Counted from the first letter of the stretch, positions 9,561-18,634 are shown. The stretch: DNA of 32,000 bases from Horticoccus luteus (GCF_019464535.1 NZ_CP080507.1:3480001-3512000); one strand, 5' to 3'. Notes: a model not told the origin generated them from the letters alone. Translations and numbers: made by a program.

Positions 9561-10571
9561 ATGCCCACGACGTTTCCCGACGGTCGCCCCTCTGCTCAAC
9601 TTCGCCTCGCTGCCCGCGATCAAGGCGTCATCTTCCGCCATGGCGAAGGTCCCGCGCAGTGCGACATGTTGGGCGCGCGCGAAGCCAATGTCTTTCTCGA
9701 GGACGGCGTGTATCATTTGTTTTACGACGGCGCCGGACCGCGCGGCTGGCTCGTGTGTCTCGCCACCAGCCGCGATCTGGTTCACTGGGAGCGCCACGGG
9801 CCCCTGCTCGACTTCGGCTCGCCCGGCTCGCCCGATTCCGCCACCGCCACGTCGCCGTGGGTCATCCACGACGGCACGCAGTGGCGCATGTTTTACGTCG
9901 CTTCGCCGAATGCCTCGCCGGCTCCCGATTACATCCCGTCCTTCCCCTACCTCACGCTCACCGCGACCGCCCCCCGGCTCGCCGGACCGTGGACGAAACA
10001 CTACGACGTGCGCCCCTTCGTCCCGCAACCAGGCACATGGCACTCGCTCACCGCCAGCCCCGGTTTCGTGCTGCGCGAAGGCGGCGAGTATCTGCAGTAT
10101 TTCAGCTCCACCACCGATTCACCCGCGGGCATCTACCAACGCACGCTCGGCCTCGCCCGCACACGCGACCTCGCCGGATCGTGGACGATCGATCCCGAAC
10201 CGCTCTTCCCCGTTAACGAACAGGTGGAAAACACCTCCGTCTACTTCGAGCCCACGAATGGCCTGTGGTTCTTGTTCACCAACCACGTCGCCTCCGAACG
10301 CCGGGCCGACGGCACCATCGGCGAGTGGTGCGATGCCATTTGGGTTTACTGGTCGCGCGATCCCCGCCGTTGGGACCAGCACCAGAAGGCCATCGTCCTT
10401 GATCGGCACAATTGCACGTGGTCCCAACGCTCGATCGGCATGCCCTCCGTGCTCCCGATCGATGGCCGCCTCGCGCTCTTCTACGACGGCAACCACGGCG
10501 AAATCTCCACCAACATGCAGCGCGATGTCGGCCTCGCGTGGCTCGACCTCCCGCTCCGCCCACCGGCCTGA
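9561..10571 (+). CDS. Beta-propeller glycoside-hydrolase-like protein (GH43/GH32/GH130-type fold)
   Basis: The track ORF is trimmed to the ATG at 9561 (MPTTFPDG...). Repeated blade-like motifs: EANVFLEDGVYHLFYDG, LATSRDLVHWERHGPLL, SPWVIHDGTQWRMFYVA, NGLWFLFTNH, GRLALFYDGN. The exact family cannot be assigned by eye. Confidence 0.6.
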   Translation: MPTTFPDGRPSAQLRLAARDQGVIFRHGEGPAQCDMLGAREANVFLEDGVYHLFYDGAGPRGWLVCLATSRDLVHWERHGPLLDFGSPGSPDSATATSPWVIHDGTQWRMFYVASPNASPAPDYIPSFPYLTLTATAPRLAGPWTKHYDVRPFVPQPGTWHSLTASPGFVLREGGEYLQYFSSTTDSPAGIYQRTLGLARTRDLAGSWTIDPEPLFPVNEQVENTSVYFEPTNGLWFLFTNHVASERRADGTIGEWCDAIWVYWSRDPRRWDQHQKAIVLDRHNCTWSQRSIGMPSVLPIDGRLALFYDGNHGEISTNMQRDVGLAWLDLPLRPPA

Positions 10572-10575
10572 GCGC

Positions 10576-11820
10576 TCAGGCCCGCGCCGCCGCCGACCGC
10601 GCGTGGTGCCCCGTGCGAAACGACTTCCACGCCATCGCCGCCGCCACGAACAGCAACGCCGCCGCTTCGAAAAACGCGATGCCCGGCAGGTGCACCCACG
10701 TGTCCGCCGCGATGAAATAGCCGAAGCTCCACGTGGCGATCATCGGCGCGAAGATCGCCGCGAGGCTGTTCAAGCCCGCCAGCGATCCCTGCACCGCCCC
10801 CTGCTCATCGCCCGGCACTTCGCGCGTGATCAATGCCTGCGCCGCCGGCCCGGCGATTCCGCCAAACCCGCCCGCCACGATCAGCGCATAAATCATCCAG
10901 CCCTGTGTCGCCATGCCGTAGCCGATCATCACGAGGCCGGATAACACCAGGCCCACGAGCAACCCGCGGCGTTCTCCGAGCCAGCCCAAGATCGGTTTCA
11001 CGAGCCGCCCCTGCACGATCATGCTCATCACGCCGACGAGTGCGAGCGACACCCCCACCTGCCCCGTCTGCCAGTGGTAACGATACGCCGTATAGAGCAC
11101 CCAGATGCTCTGGAGCATCACCGAGCCGAACATGAACACGAACTGCATGCCCGCGAGATCGAGCACGCCCTTGAACTTTCGCAGCAGCAGCAGCGATCCC
11201 ACCGGATTCGCCCGCCGCCACGAAAACGCCCGGCGCTTTTCCGGCGGCAACGACTCCGGCAGCACCGCAAGGCCATAGAGCCAGTTCAGCCCCACGCACC
11301 CCGCCGCGGCGAAAAACGGCAGCCGCAAATTGATCTGCCCTGCGAGCCCGCCGATCGCCGGCCCCAGCACGAAGCCCACGCCAAACGCCGCGCCCACCAA
11401 CCCGAACGCCTGCGCCCGCTTTTCCGGCGGCGTCACATCCGCGATGTAGGCGTTGCACGCCGCCAGCGCCCCCGCCGTCACTCCCGACACCAGCCGCGCC
11501 GCAAACAACCAGCCCAAATTCGGCGCGAAGCCCATGATCAGATAATCCAGACCCGTGCCCGCCAACGCCACCAGGATGATTTTCCGTCGACCGAAACGAT
11601 CCGACAGCGCGCCCAAAATCGGCGACGCCACGAACTGCATCACCGCGAAGATCGCCACCAGCCACCCATAGTCGTGCGACGCCTGCGCGACGTTGCCGTG
11701 CTCGAATTCCGTCACCAAGCCCGGCAGCACCGGCACCACGATGCCGAACCCCAGCACGAGCATCACCAACGTGACAAAAATAAACCCGACGGCCGGAGTG
11801 CGCGCGCGCGAATCGCTCAT
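10576..11820 (-). CDS. MFS transporter, TCR/Tet-like efflux family
   Basis: The track ORF 10576..12201 is trimmed to the ATG at 11820. That gives MSDSRARTPAVGFIFVTLVMLVLGFGIVVPVLPGLV, then GALSDRFGRRKIIL (MFS motif A-like) and about 12 hydrophobic segments. The 127-aa upstream extension is G/R-rich and runs into the neighbouring gene. Confidence 0.88.
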   Translation of the reverse strand: MSDSRARTPAVGFIFVTLVMLVLGFGIVVPVLPGLVTEFEHGNVAQASHDYGWLVAIFAVMQFVASPILGALSDRFGRRKIILVALAGTGLDYLIMGFAPNLGWLFAARLVSGVTAGALAACNAYIADVTPPEKRAQAFGLVGAAFGVGFVLGPAIGGLAGQINLRLPFFAAAGCVGLNWLYGLAVLPESLPPEKRRAFSWRRANPVGSLLLLRKFKGVLDLAGMQFVFMFGSVMLQSIWVLYTAYRYHWQTGQVGVSLALVGVMSMIVQGRLVKPILGWLGERRGLLVGLVLSGLVMIGYGMATQGWMIYALIVAGGFGGIAGPAAQALITREVPGDEQGAVQGSLAGLNSLAAIFAPMIATWSFGYFIAADTWVHLPGIAFFEAAALLFVAAAMAWKSFRTGHHARSAAARA

Positions 11821-11891
11821 CCCGCCGAACCGTGGCCGGCGGCCCGCCAAACGCGAGCCCGCAGCAGCCCGGCGCCCTGTCCCGCGCTCGC

Positions 11892-13217
11892 CTACAACTG
11901 CGAGCGAAACAGGCCGCAGAACCAATCCGCGCCCTTCTCCCATACCGACCGGTTCTCGAACTCCTGCTGCGTCAACCGCCGCGAGTTCTTCAAGTCGTGG
12001 TTGAAGACCGCCACATTTTTCCGCGCCACATCCGCATCGATGATGTTCGCGCTCACCTCGTCGTTGATCGAAAACGACCGGTTGTCGAAGTTCACCGAAC
12101 CGATCGTCACAAACACATCGTCCACGATCATCACCTTGCAGTGCAGCATCGCCGGTTCGAAGAGGTAAAACTCCACGCCGTGCGCCAGCAGCGGACCCCA
12201 CCGCGAACGCGACGCCATCCGACCGAAGTGCGAATCGTTTTTCGCCGGCACGATCACCTGCACCTTCACGCCCCGGTCCCGCGCGAGCAGCAACATGCGC
12301 GTCGAAAGATCATCCGGCACGAAATACGCATGCTCGATGCGGATGGACTTTCGTGCGCCCGCGATCGCGAGCAGGTAGGACATCCGCGCGTTCTCCGGGT
12401 TTTCTTGCGGCCCGCTCTTCAGGCACTGCGCTTTCGCGCGACCCACGGCATACGTCTCCGGAAAGTAATCCGGCCCCAGCAACACTTCCGCCGTGGTCTG
12501 CAGCCAGTTCGTGGCGAACACCGCCTGCATCTCCCGCACCACCGGGCCTTCGATGCGCACCTGCGTCTCCCGCCAGTGGTCCGGGTCGTCGCCATTGCCG
12601 CTCCACGTGTCGCTGATGCACATGCCGCCCGTGAACCCCACCTTGCCATCCACGATGAGCAGCTTGCGATGCGTGCGGTGGTTGATGTCGGGCTTGATGT
12701 CATACCAATGCTCGCGCCCATACGTCAGCAACTTCACCCCGGCCTTCTTCAACCGGTCGCGGTCCTCGTTCTTGAATTTCAACGTCCCCATCCCGTCCAC
12801 GATCACGTTGACCTTCACGCCCGCCGCCGCCCGTTCGTTCAGCGCCGCGATGAATTCATCGCTGATTTTGCCGGACTCCCAGATGTAGGTCTCCAGCGTG
12901 ATCGTCTTCTTCGCCTCCCGCACCGCTTTCAACATCGCGGGGAAAAACTCCACGCCGTTCACGAGCATTTGCACGTCGTTGCCACGGCTGAACTCCGCGC
13001 CCAGCAGCGGCCCGACCGAGTCCGCGAACGCCACATCCGCCGGACCGGTCGGCAGCTCGATCGGATGTTCGACGATGCTGGCGGTCGTCAGCCAGAAATA
13101 GCCGGCGCCCAAAACCACCACCGCCACGATCCAGATCCACAATCGCGACCAGTCGCCTTTTTCATGCACCCGCTTGGGTTTCTGACGGCGGGGAGAGTGG
13201 CGATGAAACAGCGACAT
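11892..13217 (-). CDS. cls: Phospholipase D / cardiolipin synthase family protein (two HKD motifs)
   Basis: Trimmed to the ATG at 13217 (MSLFHRHSPRRQKPKR...), followed by one TM segment (LWIWIVAVVVLGAGYFWL). HKD motifs HRKLLIVDGKVGFTGGMCISD and LHCKVMIVDDVFVTIGSVNFDNRS. Confidence 0.88.
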   Translation of the reverse strand: MSLFHRHSPRRQKPKRVHEKGDWSRLWIWIVAVVVLGAGYFWLTTASIVEHPIELPTGPADVAFADSVGPLLGAEFSRGNDVQMLVNGVEFFPAMLKAVREAKKTITLETYIWESGKISDEFIAALNERAAAGVKVNVIVDGMGTLKFKNEDRDRLKKAGVKLLTYGREHWYDIKPDINHRTHRKLLIVDGKVGFTGGMCISDTWSGNGDDPDHWRETQVRIEGPVVREMQAVFATNWLQTTAEVLLGPDYFPETYAVGRAKAQCLKSGPQENPENARMSYLLAIAGARKSIRIEHAYFVPDDLSTRMLLLARDRGVKVQVIVPAKNDSHFGRMASRSRWGPLLAHGVEFYLFEPAMLHCKVMIVDDVFVTIGSVNFDNRSFSINDEVSANIIDADVARKNVAVFNHDLKNSRRLTQQEFENRSVWEKGADWFCGLFRSQL

Positions 13218-13335
13218 TGAAGGGAAGGTGCCACTCGACGGGTTGCCGCGGCGCGCAGTCTCGACCGACGCTTGGGCAACCAGTTCCGCAACCGCGGAGC
13301 CCGCGCCCAACTTTCCGGTCCATCGCTTCCTCCGC

Positions 13336-14037
13336 ATGTCCGCGTCCCGCTCCCCTTCCTCCCGCCCGCCCCGCCGCGCGCCCCGCGTGTGGGCCATTGT
13401 CTTCGGCGCCCTCGCGCTCGGCACGATCGCCGCGCTGTTGTGGCGCACGCAACTCGACTGGCACGAGGTCGTCGCCTGGGTCGAGGCGCTCAACGCCCCG
13501 CTTCTCCTCGTTCTTTTCTGCCTGCTTCCGCTCACCGGTTTTTCCATCACCGTCTTTTATCTCGTGATCGGCGCGCGCTTCGGCCCGCTGGTCGGCGGCG
13601 CCTTCGTGGCCGGCGCCACCGCCGTCCACCTGCTCGGCTCGCACCTCATCGCGCGCAGCTTTTTACGCGGGCCACTCGAACGCTTCCTCGCGCGCCGCCA
13701 TCGGCACCTGCCCCACATCCCGGAAGGCGAAAATGCCGGCATCGCCCTCATGGGCGCGCTCGTGCCCGGCCCGCCCTACTTTGTGCGCAATTACCTGCTC
13801 GCCCTCAGCGGCGTTCCGCTCCGCATCTACTTCTGGATTTGCCTGCCCGTTTACGTCGCGCGCTCTTACGTCGCCCTCTGCGTGGGCGATCTCGCCGATT
13901 CCCCCGATGCCCGCACCCTCGCGATCCTCGCCGGCGTTTATGTCGTCAAGCTCAGCGTGTGCGCCTACGTCCTCTGGCGCCTGCGCCGACGCTACCGCCT
14001 CACCCACCCCGCCACGCATCCCGCCGCCGTCACGTGA
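13336..14037 (+). CDS. TVP38/TMEM64 (DedA-related) family membrane protein
   Basis: Trimmed to the ATG at 13336 (MSASRSPSSRPPRRAPRVWAIVFGALALG...). Multiple TM segments. The GPPYFVRNYLLALSGVPLRIYF segment resembles the SNARE-associated/TVP38 core. Confidence 0.7.
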   Translation: MSASRSPSSRPPRRAPRVWAIVFGALALGTIAALLWRTQLDWHEVVAWVEALNAPLLLVLFCLLPLTGFSITVFYLVIGARFGPLVGGAFVAGATAVHLLGSHLIARSFLRGPLERFLARRHRHLPHIPEGENAGIALMGALVPGPPYFVRNYLLALSGVPLRIYFWICLPVYVARSYVALCVGDLADSPDARTLAILAGVYVVKLSVCAYVLWRLRRRYRLTHPATHPAAVT

Positions 14038-14677
14038 ACAGCTCCCCTTGTTGCAACGCCTCGCGCTTCGCCGCGTCCAGCGTGCTCAACGCCAGCATCT
14101 GCATCATCGTCAACCGCCCCGTCTCGGGATCGCGCGCCAACGCCCGCAACAGCCACGCCCCCGCCAGCGCATCGTAAAGCGCCGCGTGATAGTGCCGCCG
14201 CTCCGCCGGACAATGCGCCGCCGCCAACGCGTCCAGCTCCGCCTGCCCCCCTGTCGCGCGCACCACATCCTCCAGCCGGCCCGATGCCGCCCGCGGAAAA
14301 AAATGCGCAAACAGCCGCGCCGAATCCAACCACGGCCCCCACTCGACGACGCTCTGCCCCGGGCGCGAAAAATCCGGCGACCTCCGCGGATACGGCCACA
14401 CCGCCTTGAGCAACGCGTTTTCCGCGCCCGCGTAATGTGCCGCCAGCGGCCCCGCCTCCCGCAACCCCGCAAAATAATCCCACTCCGCGCTGAACGGCGC
14501 CGCTCCCGCCACGCGCGCCGCATCCAGCCCGTGCACCGCCGTGTCCTCCCGCCGCACGGCGCCGCGCGCCGCGCACAGCCGCGTCCGCGTCGCCGTGATT
14601 TCCCCCTGCTCCAGCGTCACCACGCCAAATTCCAGAATCCCCGAACCTACGCTCCCCTCGAAATCGAGGAAAAACAC
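14030..14677 (-). CDS. DEDDh-type 3'-5' exonuclease-like protein (DnaQ/epsilon fold); start uncertain (14677, 14701 or up to 14818)
   Basis: Exo I-like FFLDFEGS, Exo II-like AAHYAGAENALL, Exo III-like HYHAALYDALAGAWLL. A GTG at 14677 is preceded by GGGAG about 7 nt upstream. The track start at 14818 is a TTG and adds a G/A-rich extension. Confidence 0.6.
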   Translation of the reverse strand: MFFLDFEGSVGSGILEFGVVTLEQGEITATRTRLCAARGAVRREDTAVHGLDAARVAGAAPFSAEWDYFAGLREAGPLAAHYAGAENALLKAVWPYPRRSPDFSRPGQSVVEWGPWLDSARLFAHFFPRAASGRLEDVVRATGGQAELDALAAAHCPAERRHYHAALYDALAGAWLLRALARDPETGRLTMMQMLALSTLDAAKREALQQGELFT

Positions 14678-14899
14678 CCGTTGCTCCCGCCACGCGCTCA
14701 CGCCCGCCCCGCCTCCGCCGTGCCCGCCGCCCCACGCCGCGCCGGCCCCCGCCGCCGCCGTGGTTCGTTTCGCTTGGTAGCCATGCTTCGTGAAAACAGG
14801 CGGCGCGCGCGGGCACAAGTTCGGACGCCGCTATCGGGCGCCCCGTTTCGTTTCCGCCCTTGCCAACACTTCGCCCCGCGCGTCACTTCTTCCCTCCGC

Positions 14900-15373
14900 A
14901 TGGCTGGCGTAATCACTCCCCTCCTCGACCCTTCCCGCGTGCTGCTCGGTGTGCAAAGCACCAAGCGCACCGCCGCCCTGCACGAGGTCGCCGCCCTCCT
15001 CGAAGCCCATTCGGAGATGACCCATTTCCAAGGCTTCTACGACGAACTCCTCGCCCGCGAACGGCTCGATACCACCAGCCTCGGCAACGGCGTCGCCCTC
15101 CCTCACGCGCGCACCGACCACGTGAAAAAAATCGTGCTCGCCGTCGGCCGCAGCGACCAGGGCATCGTGTTTGAAAACAGCAACGAGACCATTCGCCTGC
15201 TGTTCATGCTCGGCACGCCGAAGGCCAATCCCGGCGCCTACCTTCAAGTGGTCGGCACTCTCTGCAAAATTTTGAAGGACCCCGCGAATCGCACCGCGCT
15301 GCTCACCGCCGCCACGCCCGCCGAGTTCATCGCCGCCCTCGCCGCCGCCGAAGCGAAACTCTTCGCCGCCTGA
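14900..15373 (+). CDS. ptsN: PTS EIIA type-2 domain protein (PtsN / EIIA-Ntr-like)
   Basis: Only the last 157 aa of track ORF 13733..15373 look real. From the ATG at 14900: MAGVITPLLDPSRVLLGVQSTKRTAALHEVAALL...LGNGVALPHARTDHV (phosphorylatable His motif)...IRLLFMLGTP. Confidence 0.8.
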   Translation: MAGVITPLLDPSRVLLGVQSTKRTAALHEVAALLEAHSEMTHFQGFYDELLARERLDTTSLGNGVALPHARTDHVKKIVLAVGRSDQGIVFENSNETIRLLFMLGTPKANPGAYLQVVGTLCKILKDPANRTALLTAATPAEFIAALAAAEAKLFAA

Positions 15374-15413
15374 CTCGCGGCGCCGCGCACCGGCCCGATT
15401 TTTTCCCGCGCCC

Positions 15414-15863
15414 ATGCCCGTCATCAGCGCCGGAATTCTCCTGCACCGCCAGCGATCCGGAAGTTGTGAGGTTTTCCTCGTGCATCCCGGCGGCCCGTTC
15501 TGGGCGAAAAAAGACGCCGCCGCGTGGTCCATCCCCAAGGGCGAGTGCGCCGCCGGCGAAGACCCGCTCGTCGCTGCGCAACGCGAGTTCACCGAAGAAA
15601 CCGGCTTTCGCGCCCCCGGCCCGTTTACTCCCCTCGGCGAAATCAAGCTCTCCAGCGGCAAACGCCTTCTCGCCTGGTCAGCGCCCGGCGACTGCGATCC
15701 GGCGCGGATCGTGAGCAACACGTTTCGTCTCGAATGGCCGCCCCGCACCGGACGTTTCGCGGAATTTCCCGAGATCGACCGCGCCGCATGGTTTCCCCTC
15801 CCCGTCGCCGCCGAAAAGCTTCACCGCTCCCAACTCCCGCTGCTCTCCGCCCTGGCTCTCTGA
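15414..15863 (+). CDS. NUDIX hydrolase
   Basis: 149 aa. Nudix box GECAAGEDPLVAAQREFTEETGF matches GX5EX7REUXEEXGU. Confidence 0.85.
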   Translation: MPVISAGILLHRQRSGSCEVFLVHPGGPFWAKKDAAAWSIPKGECAAGEDPLVAAQREFTEETGFRAPGPFTPLGEIKLSSGKRLLAWSAPGDCDPARIVSNTFRLEWPPRTGRFAEFPEIDRAAWFPLPVAAEKLHRSQLPLLSALAL

Positions 15864-16048
15864 AGAACGTCGCCGACGCGCTGGACGTGTGCGTTCGCCC
15901 GCCTCTTTCGTCCCACACCAGGCTGCCGCTGCCCGCTTCCCGCGCCTTGCCTTCCGCGATTTATGACGCAGCCTCTGCGGTTCTCTTAACCTCACGCTCG
16001 TCCGCGACCGACACCTCGATCGCAACCGTGCGTGACCCCATCCTCACC

Positions 16049-18226
16049 ATGCGTCTTGTCCCCCTGTTCCCGCCGGCCGCTCGCGCCGCGCTGCTCCTCC
16101 TCCCGCTCGCGTTCTCGGCGACTTTCGCCGCCGATACCGCCAGCACCGCCCCCATGCCCGCCACCAATCCCCTCCTCCAGCCCAGCACGCTGCCGCTGCA
16201 GTTTCCCCGCTTCGACCTGATCAAGGACGAACACTTCGCGCCCGCCTTCGAAGCCGGCATGGCCGAGGAATCGCGCGAAGTGGACGCCATCGCCAACGCC
16301 TCCGCCGCTCCCACTTTCGACAACACCATCGTCGCCCTCAACCGCTCCGGCCGCACGCTCGATCGCGTTGACCGCATCTTCTCGAATCTCGCCGGCGCCA
16401 ACACCAACCCCGCCCTCCAGGCCATCGAGCGCGAGATGGCGCCCAAGCTCGCCGCGCATAACGACGCCATTCATCTCAACGCGAAACTCTTCGCCCGCGT
16501 TTCCGCCGTTTACAATCAGCGCGCCCAACTCGGCCTCGACCCCGAGTCCCTCCGCCTCGTCGAACGCACCTACAAGGACTTCGTCCGCGCCGGCGCCCAG
16601 CTCTCCGATGCCGACAAAGTTCATCTCAAGCAGATGAACGCCCAGCTCGCCGAGCTGCAGACCACTTTCAGCCAGAACGTCCTCAAAGAGAAAAACGCCT
16701 CCAGCGTCGCCGTCGCCTCGCGCGATGAACTCGCGGGCATGTCCGAAGCCGAAATCGCCGCCACCCAGGCCGCCGCGAAAGCCGATGGCCACGCCGGTGA
16801 GTTCGTCATCCGCCTGCAAAATACCACCGGCCAGCCGCCGCTCACCGATCTCGAGGACCGCCCGCTGCGCGAGAAAATCATGGCCGCGTCCCTCGCCCGC
16901 GGCAGCCACGGCGGCGATTACGACAACCGCGCCACCGTCGCGCGCATCGTTCTTCTCCGCGCCCAGCGCGCCAACCTCCTCGGCTATCCCACGCACGCCG
17001 CCTACCAGCTCGAAGACCAGACCGCGCACGACGTCGGCACCGTCAACAAACTCCTCGCCGATCTCGCCCCGCCCGCCGTCGCCAACGCCCGCCGCGAAGC
17101 CGCCGACATCCAGCAGATCATCGACCGCGACAAAGGCGGCTTCCAAGTCACCGCCGCCGACTGGGATTTCTACGCGGAAAAAGTCCGCGCCGCGCGCTAC
17201 GCCTTCGACGAGTCGCAACTCAAACCCTACTTCGAACTCAACCGCGTGCTCACCGACGGCGTCTTCTACGCCGCCCACCGCCTCTACGGCCTCACCTTCA
17301 AAGAACGCAAGGACCTCCCCGTCTATCAACCCGACGTCCGTGTCTTCGAAGTCCACGACGCCGACGGCTCCCTCCTCGCGTTCTTCATCGGTGATTACTA
17401 CGCCCGCCCCTCCAAGCGCGGCGGCGCGTGGATGAATGCCTACGTCGCGCAGTCCACCCTCCTCGGCACCCAAGCCGTCGTCGCGAATCACCTCAACATC
17501 CCGAAGCCCTCCGACGGCCAGCCCACGCTGCTCACGTTCGACGAGGTCACCACGATGTTCCACGAGTTCGGCCACGCACTGCACGGCATGTTCTCGCACG
17601 TAAAATATCCCCGCTTCTCCGGCACCCAGGTCCCGCGCGACTTCGTCGAATACCCGTCCCAAGTGAACGAGATGTGGGCCAAGTGGCCCGAAGTCCTCAA
17701 GCACTACGCCCGTCATTACCAGACCGGCGAGCCGATGCCGCCCGAGCTCCTCGAAAAACTGCTCGCCACGCAAAAATTCAACCAGGGCTACGCCACCACC
17801 GAATACCTCGCCGCATCGATCCTCGATCAGGCGTGGCACCAGATCACCCCCGCGCAGGCCCCCGCCGCCGACGGCGTGCTCGCGTTTGAAGCCACCGCGC
17901 TGAAGAAAGCCGGCGTCGACTTCGCACCCGTGCCCCCGCGCTACCGCACGACGTATTTCTCGCACGTGTTCGAGAACGGCTACTCCGCCGGTTACTACTC
18001 CTACATCTGGGCCGAAGTGCTCGATGCCGACAGCGTCGAATGGTTCAAACAACACGGCGGCCTCACCCGCGAAAATGGCGACCACTTCCGCGCGACGCTC
18101 CTCTCCCGCGGCGGCAGCGTGGATGCGATGAAACTCTTCCACGACTTCACCGGCCGCGATCCCTACGTGGAGCCGCTCCTGAAACGCCGCGGCCTCGAAC
18201 CCGTGACGGCGACGAAAACCGAATAA
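16049..18226 (+). CDS. dcp: M3 family zinc metallopeptidase (peptidyl-dipeptidase Dcp-like), secreted
   Basis: Track ORF 15524..18226 is trimmed to the ATG at 16049, giving signal peptide MRLVPLFPPAARAALLLLPLAFSATFAAD. HEXXH zinc motif in FHEFGHALHGMF. About 725 aa, typical of Dcp/oligopeptidase A. Confidence 0.9.
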   Translation: MRLVPLFPPAARAALLLLPLAFSATFAADTASTAPMPATNPLLQPSTLPLQFPRFDLIKDEHFAPAFEAGMAEESREVDAIANASAAPTFDNTIVALNRSGRTLDRVDRIFSNLAGANTNPALQAIEREMAPKLAAHNDAIHLNAKLFARVSAVYNQRAQLGLDPESLRLVERTYKDFVRAGAQLSDADKVHLKQMNAQLAELQTTFSQNVLKEKNASSVAVASRDELAGMSEAEIAATQAAAKADGHAGEFVIRLQNTTGQPPLTDLEDRPLREKIMAASLARGSHGGDYDNRATVARIVLLRAQRANLLGYPTHAAYQLEDQTAHDVGTVNKLLADLAPPAVANARREAADIQQIIDRDKGGFQVTAADWDFYAEKVRAARYAFDESQLKPYFELNRVLTDGVFYAAHRLYGLTFKERKDLPVYQPDVRVFEVHDADGSLLAFFIGDYYARPSKRGGAWMNAYVAQSTLLGTQAVVANHLNIPKPSDGQPTLLTFDEVTTMFHEFGHALHGMFSHVKYPRFSGTQVPRDFVEYPSQVNEMWAKWPEVLKHYARHYQTGEPMPPELLEKLLATQKFNQGYATTEYLAASILDQAWHQITPAQAPAADGVLAFEATALKKAGVDFAPVPPRYRTTYFSHVFENGYSAGYYSYIWAEVLDADSVEWFKQHGGLTRENGDHFRATLLSRGGSVDAMKLFHDFTGRDPYVEPLLKRRGLEPVTATKTE

Positions 18227-18255
18227 CTGGCGGCACACCTCCACCCGCTCTCTCT

Positions 18256-18285
18256 GGCCCGCTCCCCCGAGCGGGCCTTTTTATT
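18256..18285 (+). terminator. Rho-independent terminator downstream of dcp
   Basis: Perfect 9-bp stem GGCCCGCTC (18256-18264), loop CCCC, GAGCGGGCC (18269-18277), followed by TTTTTATT. It lies 30 nt after the dcp stop codon. Confidence 0.78.
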
Positions 18286-18634
18286 GCAGATCGCCCGCCC
18301 TCCGTCCCTCTCCTCGCGAAACGCGCCCGCGTTTCGTTCCTCCTCCGTCGTCCGACGTCTGCCGTCCGCCGTCCGTTTGCCCTCCTGCCGCTGATCCCCC
18401 CATTTCAAAGGCCTGCCGCAGGTGAAGTATTCGCCCAAGAAATCCTCGTCGGCGAAATGATGAGGCACTCGTCGCTCCGCTTTCCTCTTCCCCTGATTCC
18501 TCGGGTGTAGCGGAAAGTGTCCGCGTTTCGTCCTCCGCTTCATCGTCACGCACGCATTCCTGCGGTGCGATCGGCGCCTTCCGTTATCCTGCCTTCCGGC
18601 GGCAGGGGTTTCGCTCCCGCCCGGCCCGCCTTCG

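Noticed and set aside
9214-10944. 576-aa plus-strand ORF spanning three real genes
   Set aside because: P/R/S/A-rich low-complexity translation. It is out of frame or antisense to the well-supported PhyH, hydrolase-like and MFS genes.
11821-12201. 5' over-extensions of track ORFs: MFS here, also 13218-13550 (cls), 15524-16048 (dcp), 13733-14899 (ptsN), 28402-28878 (DUF3175), 28914-29129 (lipoprotein), 25956-26267 (hsdM)
   Set aside because: The extensions are low-complexity, overlap neighbouring genes, and precede internal ATGs that give canonical N-termini (signal peptides, family-typical starts).
15992-18244. 750-aa minus-strand ORF antisense to dcp
   Set aside because: G/E/V/A-rich repetitive translation. 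dcp on the plus strand has HEFGH and a signal peptide.
18163-18553. Small minus-strand ORFs (128 aa and 90 aa) in the dcp-downstream gap
   Set aside because: The translations are highly basic or acidic and low-complexity. One overlaps the dcp 3' end and the terminator. There is no RBS and no recognisable domain.
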